In this document: positions 63,803 through 64,000 of the stretch, one piece after another
Layout of the letters: each line of letters starts with the position of its first letter
Numbering within the stretch: the first letter of the stretch is position 1
Virus record (IMG/VR): IMGVR_UViG_3300024346_000005
Direction: 5' to 3' (one strand)
DNA from: a virus
Lineage: Duplodnaviria > Caudoviricetes
Length of the DNA stretch: 64,000 nt
Translations under genes and position numbers: made by a program
Notes under the pieces: model-generated
Databases searched by the model: none
Seen by the model: only the letters and a program-made list of their open reading frames with translations
What the model was told of the DNA's origin: nothing

Positions 63803-64000
63803 ATGTTCAATTTCAATTTCGGCAAGAAGAAACCTGATATTAAGCAATATGCAATTATAGGAGTCGTATTATCTTCTGTGATTGTAATACTCTCACAGTG
63901 CTCTAGTATTCCTAGCAATCAACTTTGGGATTTACTGGATGAGATACAAAGAAAATATTTTCCACAAACTATACTAAATGAGTTTATTATCAAAGATGAT
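63803..64000 (+). CDS. 5' part of a membrane-anchored protein, truncated by the window end
   Basis: MFNFNFGKKKPDIKQYAIIGVVLSSVIVILSQCSS...; open to the window end. Confidence 0.6.
   Translation, partial: MFNFNFGKKKPDIKQYAIIGVVLSSVIVILSQCSSIPSNQLWDLLDEIQRKYFPQTILNEFIIKDD

Noticed and set aside
2199-63847. Numerous minus-strand and nested ORFs in the ORF track (e.g. 5832-6461, 15906-16424, 28328-28954, 32540-33124)
   Set aside because: They lie antisense to or inside well-supported genes, mirror their codon bias, and show no motifs or start signals
63890-63905. Lipobox-like ILSQC in the terminal partial ORF (spanin idea)
   Set aside because: Gln at -1 is non-canonical and the gene is truncated by the window
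1-64000. tRNA, rRNA or CRISPR arrays
   Set aside because: No cloverleaf with T-loop/CCA and no regularly spaced repeat-spacer series seen by eye; tRNAscan would be the definitive check

Overview
A 64-kb segment of a T4-like myovirus genome, most likely a cyanophage. The host is inferred from the gene set (hsp20, mazG, CobS-like AAA + VWA, HIGH nucleotidyltransferase, 2OG oxygenase); no host-diagnostic photosynthesis gene lies in the window. Nearly all genes are on the + strand. Order: neck/tail completion (gp13-15), terminase (gp16; gp17 with a 328-aa class-3-type LAGLIDADG intein), gp18-gp23, gp3, uvsY/uvsW, gp55, gp47/46, VWA+AAA, gp45/44/62, dam, regA, hsp20, gp43, uvsX, gp41, mazG, gp61, nrdA/B, an accessory region and a lysis/hydrolase cluster. 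Three free-standing GIY-YIG-type endonuclease genes each carry their own T4 late promoter (TATAAATA). No tRNA, rRNA, CRISPR array or intron was seen. The best candidate for an undescribed system is a dispersed set of late-promoter genes that look like prohead-packaged, gp21-processed modular cargo. It comprises four proteins with a T4 capsid-targeting-like leader (MK[ST]FxxFxxE), four paralogs built from conserved acidic 'LxEAY' and 'L..EGY..MSEEW' modules around variable basic low-complexity segments, and two polyprotein-like ORFs punctuated by hydrophobic-x-Glu sites. Also notable: a small-RNA candidate whose loop is a perfect 10-nt complement of the adjacent late transcript start, a duplicated promoter+leader element 36 kb apart in inverted orientation, and an upstream palindrome at fixed distance from several -10 boxes. 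All family assignments come from motif recognition by eye; no database searches were run.
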